This document shows positions 34,210 through 44,538 of a stretch of 64,000 nucleotides of DNA, piece after piece. Location: positions 7,419-71,418 of the forward strand of contig JBBKWG010000106.1 of the NCBI GenBank assembly GCA_037968835.1. The letters are read 5' to 3'. Under the pieces are notes generated by a model, which saw nothing but the letters and a program-made list of their open reading frames with translations, was not told where the DNA came from and made no database searches. Position 1 is the stretch's first letter. Each line of letters begins with the position of its first letter. A program made the translations under genes and the position numbers. The DNA is from Paracoccaceae bacterium (GTDB lineage Bacteria > Pseudomonadota > Alphaproteobacteria > Rhodobacterales > Rhodobacteraceae).

Positions 34210-34324
34210 GGAGTGCCCGTTTCAAATCTTGCCGGCCTCATTGTGACTTGCGCCCCCTTAATCATGCGTGAAGCTGCCCTTGTGAGTATGTTGCATTTTC
34301 ATATATTCCAATCGAACTCACGCG

Positions 34325-35488
34325 ATGATCGGACTGGAAGCGATGGCACTCGACCTGAATGAAACGCGCAATTCGCTGGGCTTTGGCAAGCCTGCCGGCG
34401 ACACGCGCGTTGTCGTGGCGATGTCGGGAGGCGTCGACAGTTCTGTCGTTGCGGCCGAGCTTGCGAGCGAAGGCTATGACGTTGTCGGCGTGACGCTTCA
34501 ACTTTACGACCACGGAGCGGCGCTCGCCAAAAAAGGCGCGTGCTGCGCCGGAATCGATATTCACGATGCCCGCCGGGTCGCCGAGGATATGGGCTTTCCG
34601 CACTATGTTCTGGATTACGAGAACATTTTCCGCGACGCGGTCATCGACGAATTTGCCGACAGCTATCTTGCCGGTGCGACACCTGTTCCGTGCATCCGCT
34701 GCAATGAGCGCGTGAAATTCAAGGATCTGCTGGAAACGGCGAAGGATCTGGAAGCCGATTGCATGGCGACCGGGCATTACATTCAGCGCAAGGATGGCGC
34801 GAACGGGCCGGAGCTTCATATGGCGGCGGACCCGGCGCGCGATCAAAGCTATTTCCTGTTTTCGACGACGCGTGCGCAACTGGGCTTTCTCAGGTTTCCC
34901 CTTGGCCATCTACAGTCCAAGGGTGAAACCCGCGCGCTTGCCGCACGTCACGGGCTATCGGTCGCCGACAAACCCGACAGTCAGGACATATGCTTTGTGC
35001 CCGATGGCAATTATGCCAGCGTCATCGAAAAGCTGCGTCCCGGCGCGGCGGAACCCGGAGAGATCGTCCACAGCGACGGCCGCGTTCTGGGCGCACATGG
35101 CGGCGTCATCCACTATACCATCGGCCAACGGCGCGGACTTGGCATCGGCGGGCTTGAAGATCCGCTTTACGTGGTGAAGCTGGATGTCGAGGCGCGGCGC
35201 GTTGTCGTCGGTCCGAAATCCATGCTGTCGACGCGGATCGTGCCGGTGCGGGAAATCAACTGGCTTGGCGATGCGCCCTTCGACAGTCAGGAGGAATGGC
35301 ATCTGTCCGTCAAATTGCGCTCGACGCGGCCGCCCAGCGAAGCGATCGTACGGCCGCTTTCGGCGACAACGGCAAGTGTTGAACTTTTGTCGCCCGAGGA
35401 AGGTGTGTCGCCGGGTCAGGCCTGCGTTTTCTACGAAACCGGCGGGACGCGCGTGTTCGGCGGCGGCTGGATCTGGCGCGGCAACTGA
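34325..35488 (+). CDS. mnmA: tRNA 2-thiouridine(34) synthase
   Basis: PP-loop [11 protein letters not shown] and catalytic Cys motifs (PCIRCN, DICF). Confidence 0.9.
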   Translation: MIGLEAMALDLNETRNSLGFGKPAGDTRVVVAMSGGVDSSVVAAELASEGYDVVGVTLQLYDHGAALAKKGACCAGIDIHDARRVAEDMGFPHYVLDYENIFRDAVIDEFADSYLAGATPVPCIRCNERVKFKDLLETAKDLEADCMATGHYIQRKDGANGPELHMAADPARDQSYFLFSTTRAQLGFLRFPLGHLQSKGETRALAARHGLSVADKPDSQDICFVPDGNYASVIEKLRPGAAEPGEIVHSDGRVLGAHGGVIHYTIGQRRGLGIGGLEDPLYVVKLDVEARRVVVGPKSMLSTRIVPVREINWLGDAPFDSQEEWHLSVKLRSTRPPSEAIVRPLSATTASVELLSPEEGVSPGQACVFYETGGTRVFGGGWIWRGN

Positions 35489-35514
35489 CGCGTGCTTGAC
35501 CGGACGGGTCTCGC

Positions 35515-36675
35515 TTATCTTAAACCGTCGAGGACTGCGCGGGCCGCGCGAATGCCCGGTGGCTCGCCAGCACTGCCAAGTTTCATCATCGTATCGGACA
35601 TCGCGTCGATCTGCGCCTCGCGTGCGACCGGGTCCAAAAGCAATTCGGCCAGAGCTGCCGCGATCGGCTGAGGTTCGCACTCGGGACCGAGGAATTCGGG
35701 GATCACGCGCGTTCCAGACACCAGATTTACCAGCGTGACGGTATCGACCCGAGCCAGACGCGACATGATCTGCCAACTGAGCCAGCTCATGTCATAGGCG
35801 ATGACCATTGGCGTTCCTGACGCCGCAAGTTCCAGCGAGACCGTGCCCGAGGTGGCCAATGCAGCATCCGCCGCCGCGAACGCGGCGCGTTTGCGCACAC
35901 GTGCCGCCTCGGCGTTCGCGCCGGTGACCAGGACCAACGGATCGCCCGGCCAGGTCTTAGCTATTTCGACGACCATCTCGGCAACGGCATCCGCGGCAGG
36001 CACGACGACGCGGACGTCCGGCACTCTGCGCGCGACCTCTGCCAGGGCTTCGGCGAAGACGGGAGACATGCGTTCGATTTCGCTTTGGCGCGAGCCTGGC
36101 AGGACAAGCAGTATCCGCCTGCCGCCAAGTCCCTCAAGCACGCGGAAGTCCTCGACTTCGGCTGGGCTGGCGACCGGTTCGGTCACGACCGGATGACCCA
36201 CAAAATCGCACCGCACGCCCGCCGCTTCCATGTATGGCGGCTCGAACGGCAACAGCGCGAGGACCTGATCGATATATCGAGCCATCTTCCTGGCACGGCC
36301 CGGACGCCATGCCCAGACCGAAGGCGCAACGTATTGGATCGTTCTGATGTCCGACGCGGCCTTCACGCGCTTGGCCAGACGCAACGAAAAGTCCGGGCTG
36401 TCAATCGTGAGCAAAGCGTTGGGTTGCCAGTCCAGAACGTCGTGGGTTGCTTCATTCAATCGGCGTTTCAAGGCGGGATATCTGGGAAGGACTTCCGAGA
36501 TACCCATGACACTCAAATCATCCATCGAAAAAAGACTGGCCATGCCCTCGGCCTGCATCAGAGGACCGGCGACGCCGCGAAACTCGATGCCGGGAGAGAG
36601 TGTTTTCAGCCCCGCCATGATCGCGGCGCCCAGTTTGTCGCCCGAAGGCTCGCCTGCGAGAAGATAGATCCTCAT
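35515..36675 (-). CDS. lpxB: Lipid-A-disaccharide synthase
   Basis: MRIYLLAGEPSGDKLGA N-terminus (ATG 36675 within ORF 35515..36777). Confidence 0.85.
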   Translation of the reverse strand: MRIYLLAGEPSGDKLGAAIMAGLKTLSPGIEFRGVAGPLMQAEGMASLFSMDDLSVMGISEVLPRYPALKRRLNEATHDVLDWQPNALLTIDSPDFSLRLAKRVKAASDIRTIQYVAPSVWAWRPGRARKMARYIDQVLALLPFEPPYMEAAGVRCDFVGHPVVTEPVASPAEVEDFRVLEGLGGRRILLVLPGSRQSEIERMSPVFAEALAEVARRVPDVRVVVPAADAVAEMVVEIAKTWPGDPLVLVTGANAEAARVRKRAAFAAADAALATSGTVSLELAASGTPMVIAYDMSWLSWQIMSRLARVDTVTLVNLVSGTRVIPEFLGPECEPQPIAAALAELLLDPVAREAQIDAMSDTMMKLGSAGEPPGIRAARAVLDGLR

Positions 36676-36715
36676 CGCGCTCGCAATTCGCTGGTTTTGT
36701 GAAACAGACAGGGCA

Positions 36716-37504
36716 TCAGGCCGCACGCACCCAGAGGAACAGGCCCAGTTCATCGCAAGCGCGTTCAACCGCCGCAAGATCGAGCACGATGACGCCGTCG
36801 CATTCTACGACCAGCCCGTCAAGACCCGCCTTGGCCACACCTGCAACCGTATCGACGCCGATGGTCGGCAGGTCGATGCGGCGGTCCTGCGTCGGCTTCT
36901 TCGCCTTGTAGAAGATGCCACCCGTCCCATCGGGCCTTTGACGGAGGCTTTTCAGCATCCAGTCGGTGCCGAATACGCCCTCCATCGCAAGCAACTGGCC
37001 GTTCAGAACGGCACAGGACTGCCCAACATCAAGCGGCCCAAGTCCCGCAATGATATCCGCCGCGCGTGCAGCGTCATTCCTGTTGCCGTCGTCGGGTCGC
37101 CTTGTGGTGTAGGTTCCGGGCATCGGCAAAAGCGCGGACGACAGTTCGTTGGCGGCGATCACGCGAAATCCGGCCTCCTCAAATATCTCGATGACTGTCC
37201 GAAGCGCAGCGTCATCGCCTGCCTGAAGCGCCGCCATCATGCGTGGCACTAGCGGCACGGTGGCCGCGTCGATTTCGTCCGGATCGAGCTTGGGGCGCTG
37301 AATTGCGCCAGCGAAACAGACCCTGGTGACGCCAAGCGCCTTCAGTTCGTCTATCAGGGTGCCGAGATGTTCGATGCGGAAGCGACGATCCGGGACCAAC
37401 AGGTCCGGGTCGAACCCTTCCAGCGACGCAATATGCGGTGTCTCTTTCAACGCATCGGCCAGCACCGCAGGAAGTTTCCCCTGCCCTGCGATCAGCGCCA
37501 GCAC
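36716..37504 (-). CDS. lpxI: UDP-2,3-diacylglucosamine diphosphatase LpxI (DUF1009)
   Basis: GTG 37504 gives (M)LALIAGQGKLPAVLA, the typical LpxI N-terminus, 1 nt after the lpxA stop. It sits between lpxA and lpxB, as usual in Alphaproteobacteria. Confidence 0.75.
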   Translation of the reverse strand: MLALIAGQGKLPAVLADALKETPHIASLEGFDPDLLVPDRRFRIEHLGTLIDELKALGVTRVCFAGAIQRPKLDPDEIDAATVPLVPRMMAALQAGDDAALRTVIEIFEEAGFRVIAANELSSALLPMPGTYTTRRPDDGNRNDAARAADIIAGLGPLDVGQSCAVLNGQLLAMEGVFGTDWMLKSLRQRPDGTGGIFYKAKKPTQDRRIDLPTIGVDTVAGVAKAGLDGLVVECDGVIVLDLAAVERACDELGLFLWVRAA

Positions 37505-37505
37505 A

Positions 37506-38306
37506 TCAACGCTCCGGCGTGAGGAAATGGCGGTCCGAGGCGGCGAGGACGAAATCCACGATCTCGCGGACATAGTCGCTATCGGTTTCGGTGCCAAGCC
37601 GCTGCGCGCGTTCCTGAAACGACCCCTCGCCCTGTGCCAGCATCTGAAACGCCGCCCTGAGCGCAGTAATATCGGACCGCGCGACACCTTTTCGTTTCAG
37701 CCCGACCAGGTTCAGCCCGTCCAACTGACCGCGGGGTGCCTGCACCAGACCGTAGGGAATGACATCATTGGTGACCATCGTCACCGCGCCGATGATCGCG
37801 CCATGACCAATCCGCACCCATTGGTGAATACCGGAAAGTCCTCCAATGATGACATCGTCCCCGATGACGCAATGTCCGGCAATCGCCCCCTGATTTGCCA
37901 CGATCACACGATCCCCGACGATTGCGTCGTGGGCGACGTGAGCCCCGGTCATGAACAGGCAATCGTCGCCGACGCGGGTTTCGCCGCCGCCGCCTTCGGT
38001 CCCGGTGTTCATCGTAACGCCTTCGCGAATGCGGTTTCGCTTGCCGACAGTCAGGCGTGTCTCTTCACCCTTGAATTTCAGGTCCTGCGGTATTTCACCA
38101 ATGACCGCACCAGGGAAAACAACGGTCTCGTCGCCCAAAACAGTGTGTCCGGTGACGACGGCGTGGGATTTCACCTCGACCCGGGCACCAAGCGTCACGT
38201 TCGCTCCGATGACGCTGAACGGACCGACACGCGCGCCGGCCCCGATCACGGCACCATCTTCGACAACAGCGGATGGATGAATTTGCGCCGAGGGGTCCAC
38301 CTTCAC
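37506..38306 (-). CDS. lpxA: Acyl-ACP--UDP-N-acetylglucosamine O-acyltransferase
   Basis: Hexapeptide repeats ([26 protein letters not shown]...). The likely GTG start at 38306 overlaps the fabZ stop (GTGA). The longest ORF reaches 38345. Confidence 0.85.
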   Translation of the reverse strand: MKVDPSAQIHPSAVVEDGAVIGAGARVGPFSVIGANVTLGARVEVKSHAVVTGHTVLGDETVVFPGAVIGEIPQDLKFKGEETRLTVGKRNRIREGVTMNTGTEGGGGETRVGDDCLFMTGAHVAHDAIVGDRVIVANQGAIAGHCVIGDDVIIGGLSGIHQWVRIGHGAIIGAVTMVTNDVIPYGLVQAPRGQLDGLNLVGLKRKGVARSDITALRAAFQMLAQGEGSFQERAQRLGTETDSDYVREIVDFVLAASDRHFLTPER

Positions 38307-38758
38307 TTGGGCAGATCCATCATGGCGGTGAATTCGCATTCGCATGCCAACTCGCCCTCGACCAGCGCGCGGCCTTTGAATTTCCAGACCTTGCCACCCC
38401 CGCGAAGGGTTTCGACCTCCATCCGGAGCGTATCCCCGGGTCCGACCTTTCGACGAAACTTGGCGTTGTCGATGGCCATGAAATAGACGCCAAATTGCTT
38501 GTCGGCGAGATCGAGTCCCACCCCGGCTATGACGGCTGCGGTCTGCGCCATCGCTTCGATCATGAGTACGCCCGGGAAAACCGGCATTCCGGGGAAATGC
38601 CCGGTGAATTGCGGCTCGTTCATGGTCACGTTTTTTATGCCAACGCCGAATTTGGTGCCGTCAATCTCGATAACTTTGTCGACAAGGAGAAAAGGATACC
38701 TGTGCGGAATTATGCGCTGGATCAGAGCGATGTCGGCGCTCGCCTTCGTGTCGGTCAT
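38303..38758 (-). CDS. fabZ: 3-hydroxyacyl-ACP dehydratase
   Basis: [11 protein letters not shown] and [19 protein letters not shown] motifs. ATG 38758 is preceded by GAAGGA. Confidence 0.9.
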   Translation of the reverse strand: MTDTKASADIALIQRIIPHRYPFLLVDKVIEIDGTKFGVGIKNVTMNEPQFTGHFPGMPVFPGVLMIEAMAQTAAVIAGVGLDLADKQFGVYFMAIDNAKFRRKVGPGDTLRMEVETLRGGGKVWKFKGRALVEGELACECEFTAMMDLPK

Positions 38759-38820
38759 GGTCGGTCCTTCGCTCTTGATCACAACGGCCTAGCAAGCCAG
38801 TTCGGCGGCATCAAGGCAGG

Positions 38821-39363
38821 TCACTCGGGCTTTGCCTCGTCGTTCACTCGCCGTATCGCCTCGTCCGTGATGTCGATGCGATCTGCGGACAGGAACACGT
38901 CCCGGCGGTCCAGCACCATTAACGCGCCGCGCTCGCGGACAATCTCGGAGATGATACTGGCGACATCGGTGAAAAAGGTCTGGCGAGCTTCTTCGCGGGT
39001 GCGTGCGATCACCCGTTCTTTCTGATCCTGCTCGGCTCGTATACGCTGCACCTTGTCGTCAAAGGCATCGGCAAGGGTACGGAATTCCTCGGGCGGCAGG
39101 GTCGCCCGTTTCAGGGTCAACTCGCCTTCTTCTGCGATCAGATCCGCCTCGATCTTCTTGTTTTCCTCACCCAGTGCCTGGGCGCTTTCCTCCAGCGCGC
39201 GGATCGCCTCGGACCCAAGCGAGGTTTCAGCGAACAGCCGATCCTGATCAATGGTAAGAACCGGTGGCGGGATGCCAACGGAAGCATCCTGAGCGTGCGC
39301 GGGCGCTACCAGAAAAGCCGCCATAGCCACTGCCGCAATAACAAGGATGCGGCTGACGGCCAT
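38821..39363 (-). CDS. OmpH/Skp family periplasmic chaperone
   Basis: Signal peptide MAVSRILVIAAVAMAAFLVAPAHA, then a coiled-coil-rich body. It lies immediately downstream of bamA. Confidence 0.8.
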   Translation of the reverse strand: MAVSRILVIAAVAMAAFLVAPAHAQDASVGIPPPVLTIDQDRLFAETSLGSEAIRALEESAQALGEENKKIEADLIAEEGELTLKRATLPPEEFRTLADAFDDKVQRIRAEQDQKERVIARTREEARQTFFTDVASIISEIVRERGALMVLDRRDVFLSADRIDITDEAIRRVNDEAKPE

Positions 39364-39364
39364 C

Positions 39365-41668
39365 TCAGAACTGCGTCGAAATGGTAATATCGAAAGTGTT
39401 TTCCTCATCCAGATCGTTCGATTTGATCGGCTTGGCAAAATTCAGTCGCAACGGACCGATCGGCGTCGTCCAGAAAATCGAAACGCCGACTGACGAGCGC
39501 AACTCGAAACCGTCGTCGACCGTCACAACGCCCGCCGTATTGTCGAGACCCCAAAGCGACCCGACGTCGAAAAAGACGCCGCCCGATATCCCGTATTCCT
39601 CGGGCAATCCCAGCGGAAAATCGGCTTCAAAGCGGGCGACGGCGTATTTATTTCCGCCAAGAACATCCGAAATTCCTGCGCCGGTATCACGCGGACCGAT
39701 TCCGCGGGACGAAAAGCCGCGCAAGTCGTTGGACGACAGGAAGAAGCGGTCGGTGACACGCGTATCGCTGCCACCAAGTGACTTGATCATGCCACCTTCG
39801 AAAATCGCCCTGATCGTGACTTCCTCGTTGAGAATATCGCGTTGCGCGACTGCGCGCGCGGTGGTTCTGACGAACTCGATGTCGCCGCCAAGACCTGCGA
39901 GTTCCTGACCGAAACTCAGAAGCACACCTTGCGTGGGGTTCAGACCGCCGCGCAACAGATCGAGTGTGTAATTATAGCCGATCGAACTGCGCAACGCGTC
40001 GCCTTCTTCGGCCGCGATAATCGGAGACGCATCGGCGACAACATCGAAAATGTTCTCCTTGGCGATCTCGTAGAACACCGACACGCGCGAATTTTCTCCG
40101 ACTGGGAAGCCCAGCGAGGGGGAAATGGATGTCACTCGAGTCTGATAGGCGCCGGTGTCGTAATCGGTGGTGACGTATGATGCATCAAGTCCAAACGTCA
40201 GATCGCGGCCAAGGAAGGCGGGTTCGCGGAACGACAGACGCGACCTGGTGTTTTCGCTGCCTGACTGGACGTCGAGCGACAGCGCCTGACCGCGTCCCAG
40301 AAAGTTCCGTTCGGAGAAGCCGACGTTGAGTGCGAATCCCGTATCGTTTGAATAGGTGCCGCCAAACGAAAGTGAACCGGTCGGCTGTTCTTCGACATCG
40401 ACGTCCACCACCACCTGATTGGGAGCGGAGCCCTCGCGTGTTTGAACGTCAGCATCCGAGAAGAACCCCAACGCGCGAATGCGTTCGGCCGCATTCCGGA
40501 TTTCGCGAGGGTTGAACGGATCTCCTTCGACCGTGTCGAACTGACGCCTGACAACGCGGTCGAGTGTCGTGGCGTTGCCCTCGACGTCGATCCGCTCGAC
40601 GAAAACACGCTGACCGCGCACCAGCGCAAATTCCACGTCAAGCATCAGGGATCGCGCGTTCCGCGTGACCCGCGGATCGACGCGCAAAAAGTCGAAACCC
40701 TGCTGGAGCGCCAGTTGTTCAAGCCGCGCGATCTGCTGCTCGATCTTAGTCGGCGACCAGGTCTCGCCCGAACGAAGCCGGATAGCGCGACGATATTCTG
40801 AAACGTCGAGGTTGGCGAACTCGCTTGAAACGCTGATTGCGCCTACGTTGAAGCTCTGACCTTCGCGCACATTGAACGTGACGAAACTGGCGTCGCGTTC
40901 GCGCGAAAACTCGGTCGTCACGTCCAGAACTTCGAAATCCACATATCCACGTGAGCGGTAGAAGTCCGTCAGCAACTGCCGGTCGAACGCAATCCGGTCG
41001 GCAATGAAGGTGTCGGCGCGAATGAGCGATCGCAGGAAGCCGGCTTGCTTGGTCCCGACAACCCTGCGCAGACGCCGGTCCGAGAATGCGCGGTTGCCGA
41101 CGAAACTTACGCGTTCGTTCTCGACAACTTTGCCTTCGGTTACCTCGAACACGAGGTCCACACGGTTATCGGTGCGGCGAATGATGCGCGGTGTCACGGT
41201 CGCTGCAAGGCGCGAGGCCCGCGTATAGGCATCGGCAATCGCGGCGGCGTCGGCTTCGGCCACGCTCGGCGAATAGACCCGGCGCGGTTGCGAGGTTACG
41301 TCGGCCAGAAGCGCTTCGTCCTCCAGCCGCCGATTGCCTTCGATATTGATGCGATTGATTGTCGGCCATTCGGTGACTTCGACACGAAGACCGTTGCCCG
41401 TGGGCACGATCTCGGCGGTCTCAAATAATCCCGAGGCGATGATGCGTTGCAACGCGTCGTTGATCTGGCCGTCTGTGACCGTCTCGCCCGAGCTGATGCC
41501 GATAAAACTCAGGATCGTTGCATCGGGGATGCGTTGATTGCCCTCGATCACGACTGAATTGACGCGGACCTGCGCCCAGGCTTCGTCGGTCGGAAATGCG
41601 ACCGTCGCCAAAAGTAATGCCGCGCCGGTCAATCGTATGCCCGCGCCGATCCAAGATGCCCCTGCCAT
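39365..41668 (-). CDS. bamA: Outer membrane protein assembly factor BamA
   Basis: Signal peptide, POTRA repeats, and a beta-barrel ending in ...ISTQF (terminal Phe). The start was chosen at ATG 41668 (MAGASWIGAG). Confidence 0.9.
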   Translation of the reverse strand: MAGASWIGAGIRLTGAALLLATVAFPTDEAWAQVRVNSVVIEGNQRIPDATILSFIGISSGETVTDGQINDALQRIIASGLFETAEIVPTGNGLRVEVTEWPTINRINIEGNRRLEDEALLADVTSQPRRVYSPSVAEADAAAIADAYTRASRLAATVTPRIIRRTDNRVDLVFEVTEGKVVENERVSFVGNRAFSDRRLRRVVGTKQAGFLRSLIRADTFIADRIAFDRQLLTDFYRSRGYVDFEVLDVTTEFSRERDASFVTFNVREGQSFNVGAISVSSEFANLDVSEYRRAIRLRSGETWSPTKIEQQIARLEQLALQQGFDFLRVDPRVTRNARSLMLDVEFALVRGQRVFVERIDVEGNATTLDRVVRRQFDTVEGDPFNPREIRNAAERIRALGFFSDADVQTREGSAPNQVVVDVDVEEQPTGSLSFGGTYSNDTGFALNVGFSERNFLGRGQALSLDVQSGSENTRSRLSFREPAFLGRDLTFGLDASYVTTDYDTGAYQTRVTSISPSLGFPVGENSRVSVFYEIAKENIFDVVADASPIIAAEEGDALRSSIGYNYTLDLLRGGLNPTQGVLLSFGQELAGLGGDIEFVRTTARAVAQRDILNEEVTIRAIFEGGMIKSLGGSDTRVTDRFFLSSNDLRGFSSRGIGPRDTGAGISDVLGGNKYAVARFEADFPLGLPEEYGISGGVFFDVGSLWGLDNTAGVVTVDDGFELRSSVGVSIFWTTPIGPLRLNFAKPIKSNDLDEENTFDITISTQF

Positions 41669-41806
41669 GATGTCCCGCCCGCTCGAATTGCTCTTTGATC
41701 TGTGAGTATCCAGATTTCGAGGGCCTGTCAAAAGCCAGAAGCCGCCCAATGGGACGGCCTCTGCAAGTCGTTCGGATCTCTCAGCCGGTCAGACTGTCTT
41801 TTCCGC

Positions 41807-41932
41807 TCAGTGGTGGCCGATATAAGCGGCCAGGAACAGCGCGCCACACAGGGCCAGCACTGCCACCAGTCGGTCGAGATTGAGTTCGACCAGCAGTTCT
41901 ATACCGCGATATCCGTTCTGCAGTGCGTGCAT
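41807..41932 (-). CDS. Hypothetical 41-aa tail-anchored membrane peptide between rseP and bamA
   Basis: Own translation: MHALQNGYRGIELLVELNLDRLVAVLALCGALFLAAYIGHH. A strong GGAGG sits 6 nt upstream of the ATG. Below the ORF-track cut-off. Confidence 0.3.
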   Translation of the reverse strand: MHALQNGYRGIELLVELNLDRLVAVLALCGALFLAAYIGHH

Positions 41933-42021
41933 TTCGCACCTCCTGTCCGTGCCATTTCCTGCGACAAAAATATTCCGGAATTATGGCCGGATTGGGGCAG
42001 GCTCTCGGCGGTTCGGTGGCA

Positions 42022-43359
42022 TTACGGGCAGAATATATCATTTGTTACGGCGAAAATCATCAGCGCCAACATGATCGTCAGCCCCCCCGCCATCAGATAG
42101 CGCAGGGCCTGATCGCTTGGCGGATGTCCGGTCAGGGCTTCCCAGGCGTGGAACACCAGATGACCGCCATCCAGCACGGGAATCGGGAACAAATTGAGCA
42201 TTCCGACCGCGGTCGACAGTACCGCGATGAACCAGATGAACGTGAGCCAGCCCATGCTGGCCGCCTGCCCGGAGGTTTCGGCGATGCCGATCGGACCCGA
42301 CAGGTTGCAGGTCGAAATCTTGCCCGCGATCATGTGATAGAGACCCGACAGACTTTGCTCGATGATCGAGTAGGTCTGCGTGACCCCATACCCAAGTGCT
42401 TCGCCCAGACCCGGCGTTACCGTCGCCGGCTGGAAAATCAAGCCGCCGCCGAGACCGATCATATAGCGCGTCTCGAAGCCGCCCTCGGCCAGCGGTTGAT
42501 CCATCCGGCGCGGCTCAAGCGTGAAGTCGGAGGTTTCACCGTCGCGCCACACAGTCAAAGCAAGCGGATTTCCGCCGGAATCGCCAACAGCCTGACGAAG
42601 TTGCTCAAAATCGAAAATCGGCGTGCCGTCCACGGCAAGGATGACGTCGCCCGCTTTCAGATCCGCGTCCTCGGCTGCCGAGCCTGGCTGGACCGACGTT
42701 GCGAGGGGAGGATAGAGCCACGGGCCTTCGACGACCATCTCCTGGCCATCACGCAGAATCGTGTATTGAAGCGAACGCGCGGCCTCCAAAGCCTCGCCAA
42801 ACGCGGGGAAATTTTCGGTCGACGGAACGGCTTTGCCGTCGATGGCAAGAAGCACATCGCCCTTTTGCAGCTCTTGCACGGCATTTGGTACGTCGCGCAA
42901 TTCATCGACGGTTATGGGATCGGAGGTCACCCCACGGATCATGATGAGCGCGGCGAACACGACGAAGGACAATAAAAAGTTGAAGACCGGCCCCGCCACA
43001 ACGGTCGCGGCACGGGCCCAGAGCGGCGCGCCGTGCATGGTCGATCTGCGTTCTTCGTCGCTTAGCGCCGCCATGGCCACGCCATCCTTGGCGGATGCGG
43101 CGCTGCTGTCGCCAAGGAATTTCACGTAACCGCCAAAGGGAAGCGCCGCGACTTGCCATCTGGTTCCGTGTTTGTCCATTCGGCTGAACAAGACAGGGCC
43201 GAACCCGATCGAGAACACCTCGGCCTTGATGCCGGTCCAGCGCCCGACGATGTAGTGACCGTATTCGTGGATCGCGACAATGACGGAAAGCGCAACGATG
43301 AATGCGATCAGCGTATATGCCAGATTGCCGAATGTCGGGATAATTCCTGCGAGGTCCAT
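42022..43359 (-). CDS. rseP: RIP zinc metalloprotease RseP (M50)
   Basis: HEYGHY zinc motif, PDZ region, and multiple TM helices. Confidence 0.85.
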   Translation of the reverse strand: MDLAGIIPTFGNLAYTLIAFIVALSVIVAIHEYGHYIVGRWTGIKAEVFSIGFGPVLFSRMDKHGTRWQVAALPFGGYVKFLGDSSAASAKDGVAMAALSDEERRSTMHGAPLWARAATVVAGPVFNFLLSFVVFAALIMIRGVTSDPITVDELRDVPNAVQELQKGDVLLAIDGKAVPSTENFPAFGEALEAARSLQYTILRDGQEMVVEGPWLYPPLATSVQPGSAAEDADLKAGDVILAVDGTPIFDFEQLRQAVGDSGGNPLALTVWRDGETSDFTLEPRRMDQPLAEGGFETRYMIGLGGGLIFQPATVTPGLGEALGYGVTQTYSIIEQSLSGLYHMIAGKISTCNLSGPIGIAETSGQAASMGWLTFIWFIAVLSTAVGMLNLFPIPVLDGGHLVFHAWEALTGHPPSDQALRYLMAGGLTIMLALMIFAVTNDIFCP

Positions 43360-43368
43360 GTCCGTCCT

Positions 43369-44538
43369 TCAGTTCCGTCTCTGCACGATAGCCTCGCCAG
43401 CACGTATACGTGCCATGTGGTCGGCATTGCGCACGGTATCAAGGGTAATCGCGGCGTTTCCTAGACCTTCCCCTGACATCTTTTCGATCACATCTTCGAC
43501 AATCCCCGCCATATCGAGAAAACCGATACGGCCTTCGATGAAGGCGTCAAGCGCCGCTTCCTTCGCGCCGTTGAACACTGCTCCCGTCAACCCGCCAGAG
43601 TCCATGACCCCGCGTGCCAGCCGCAACGCGGGGTAACGCATTTCGTCTGGTTCGCGAAAGGTCAGTTGCCCGATCTTGGCAAGATCCAGTCGCTCCACCG
43701 GAAGATGCCGCCGTTCGGGCCAGTGCAGTGCGTAGCCAATGGCGTGGCGCATATCGGGCGGTCCGACATGGGCCATCAGCGCGCCGTCGTGAAAACCGAC
43801 CAACGCATGTATCAGGCTTTCGGGATGAATCAGGGTTTCGATTTGTCTGGCTGAAATGCCAAAATATTCATGTGTTTCAATAAGCTCAAGGGCTTTGTTG
43901 AACAAGCTGGCGCTGTCTATCGTGATCCGCTGGCCCATAGCCCAGTTCGGATGCGAAGATGCCTGAGCCAACGACGCACCTTTCAGCCGCTCGATCGGCC
44001 AGTCCCGGAACGCACCGCCCGAAGCGGTGATGATAACGCGCTCAACCGCTTTGATGTCCTCGCCAACCAGCGCTTGAAACACGGCCGAATGTTCGCTGTC
44101 GACAGGCAGGATCGTCGCGCCGTGCTCGCGTGCGGTTTGCATCAGCAATGGACCTGCCGTAACAAGGCTTTCCTTGTTGGCAAGCGCAAGCGTCGCGCCC
44201 TGCTTCAAAGCCCTCAGTCCGGGTGCAAGTCCGGCGACGCCCACAATCGACGACATCGTCCAGTCGACAGGTCGATCGGCTGCGTCTGTGACTGCACCTG
44301 CTCCGGCGGCGGCTTCGATGCCGCTGCCTGACAGCGCTGTTCTGAGGTCGCCGAGGCAGTCATCAAAGGCGGTAACAGCGATCTCGGCGCCAAGCGCTTT
44401 CGCCTGTTCCGCCAGTTTCGCGACGTTTCGTCCGCCCGTCAGTGCGACGACCTGATACTCGTTCTTTGACCGCGAAATCAGGTCGACCGTGTTGGAACCG
44501 ATGGAGCCGGTCGATCCGAAGATCGTGATCCGACGCAT
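43369..44538 (-). CDS. dxr: 1-deoxy-D-xylulose-5-phosphate reductoisomerase
   Basis: IFGSTGSIGSNT NADPH motif. 389 aa. Confidence 0.9.
   Translation of the reverse strand: MRRITIFGSTGSIGSNTVDLISRSKNEYQVVALTGGRNVAKLAEQAKALGAEIAVTAFDDCLGDLRTALSGSGIEAAAGAGAVTDAADRPVDWTMSSIVGVAGLAPGLRALKQGATLALANKESLVTAGPLLMQTAREHGATILPVDSEHSAVFQALVGEDIKAVERVIITASGGAFRDWPIERLKGASLAQASSHPNWAMGQRITIDSASLFNKALELIETHEYFGISARQIETLIHPESLIHALVGFHDGALMAHVGPPDMRHAIGYALHWPERRHLPVERLDLAKIGQLTFREPDEMRYPALRLARGVMDSGGLTGAVFNGAKEAALDAFIEGRIGFLDMAGIVEDVIEKMSGEGLGNAAITLDTVRNADHMARIRAGEAIVQRRN

Noticed and set aside
37326-38486. 386-aa plus-strand ORF across lpxI, lpxA and fabZ
   Set aside because: It is antisense to three well-supported genes with hexapeptide and FabZ motifs. 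This is a typical high-GC antisense ORF.
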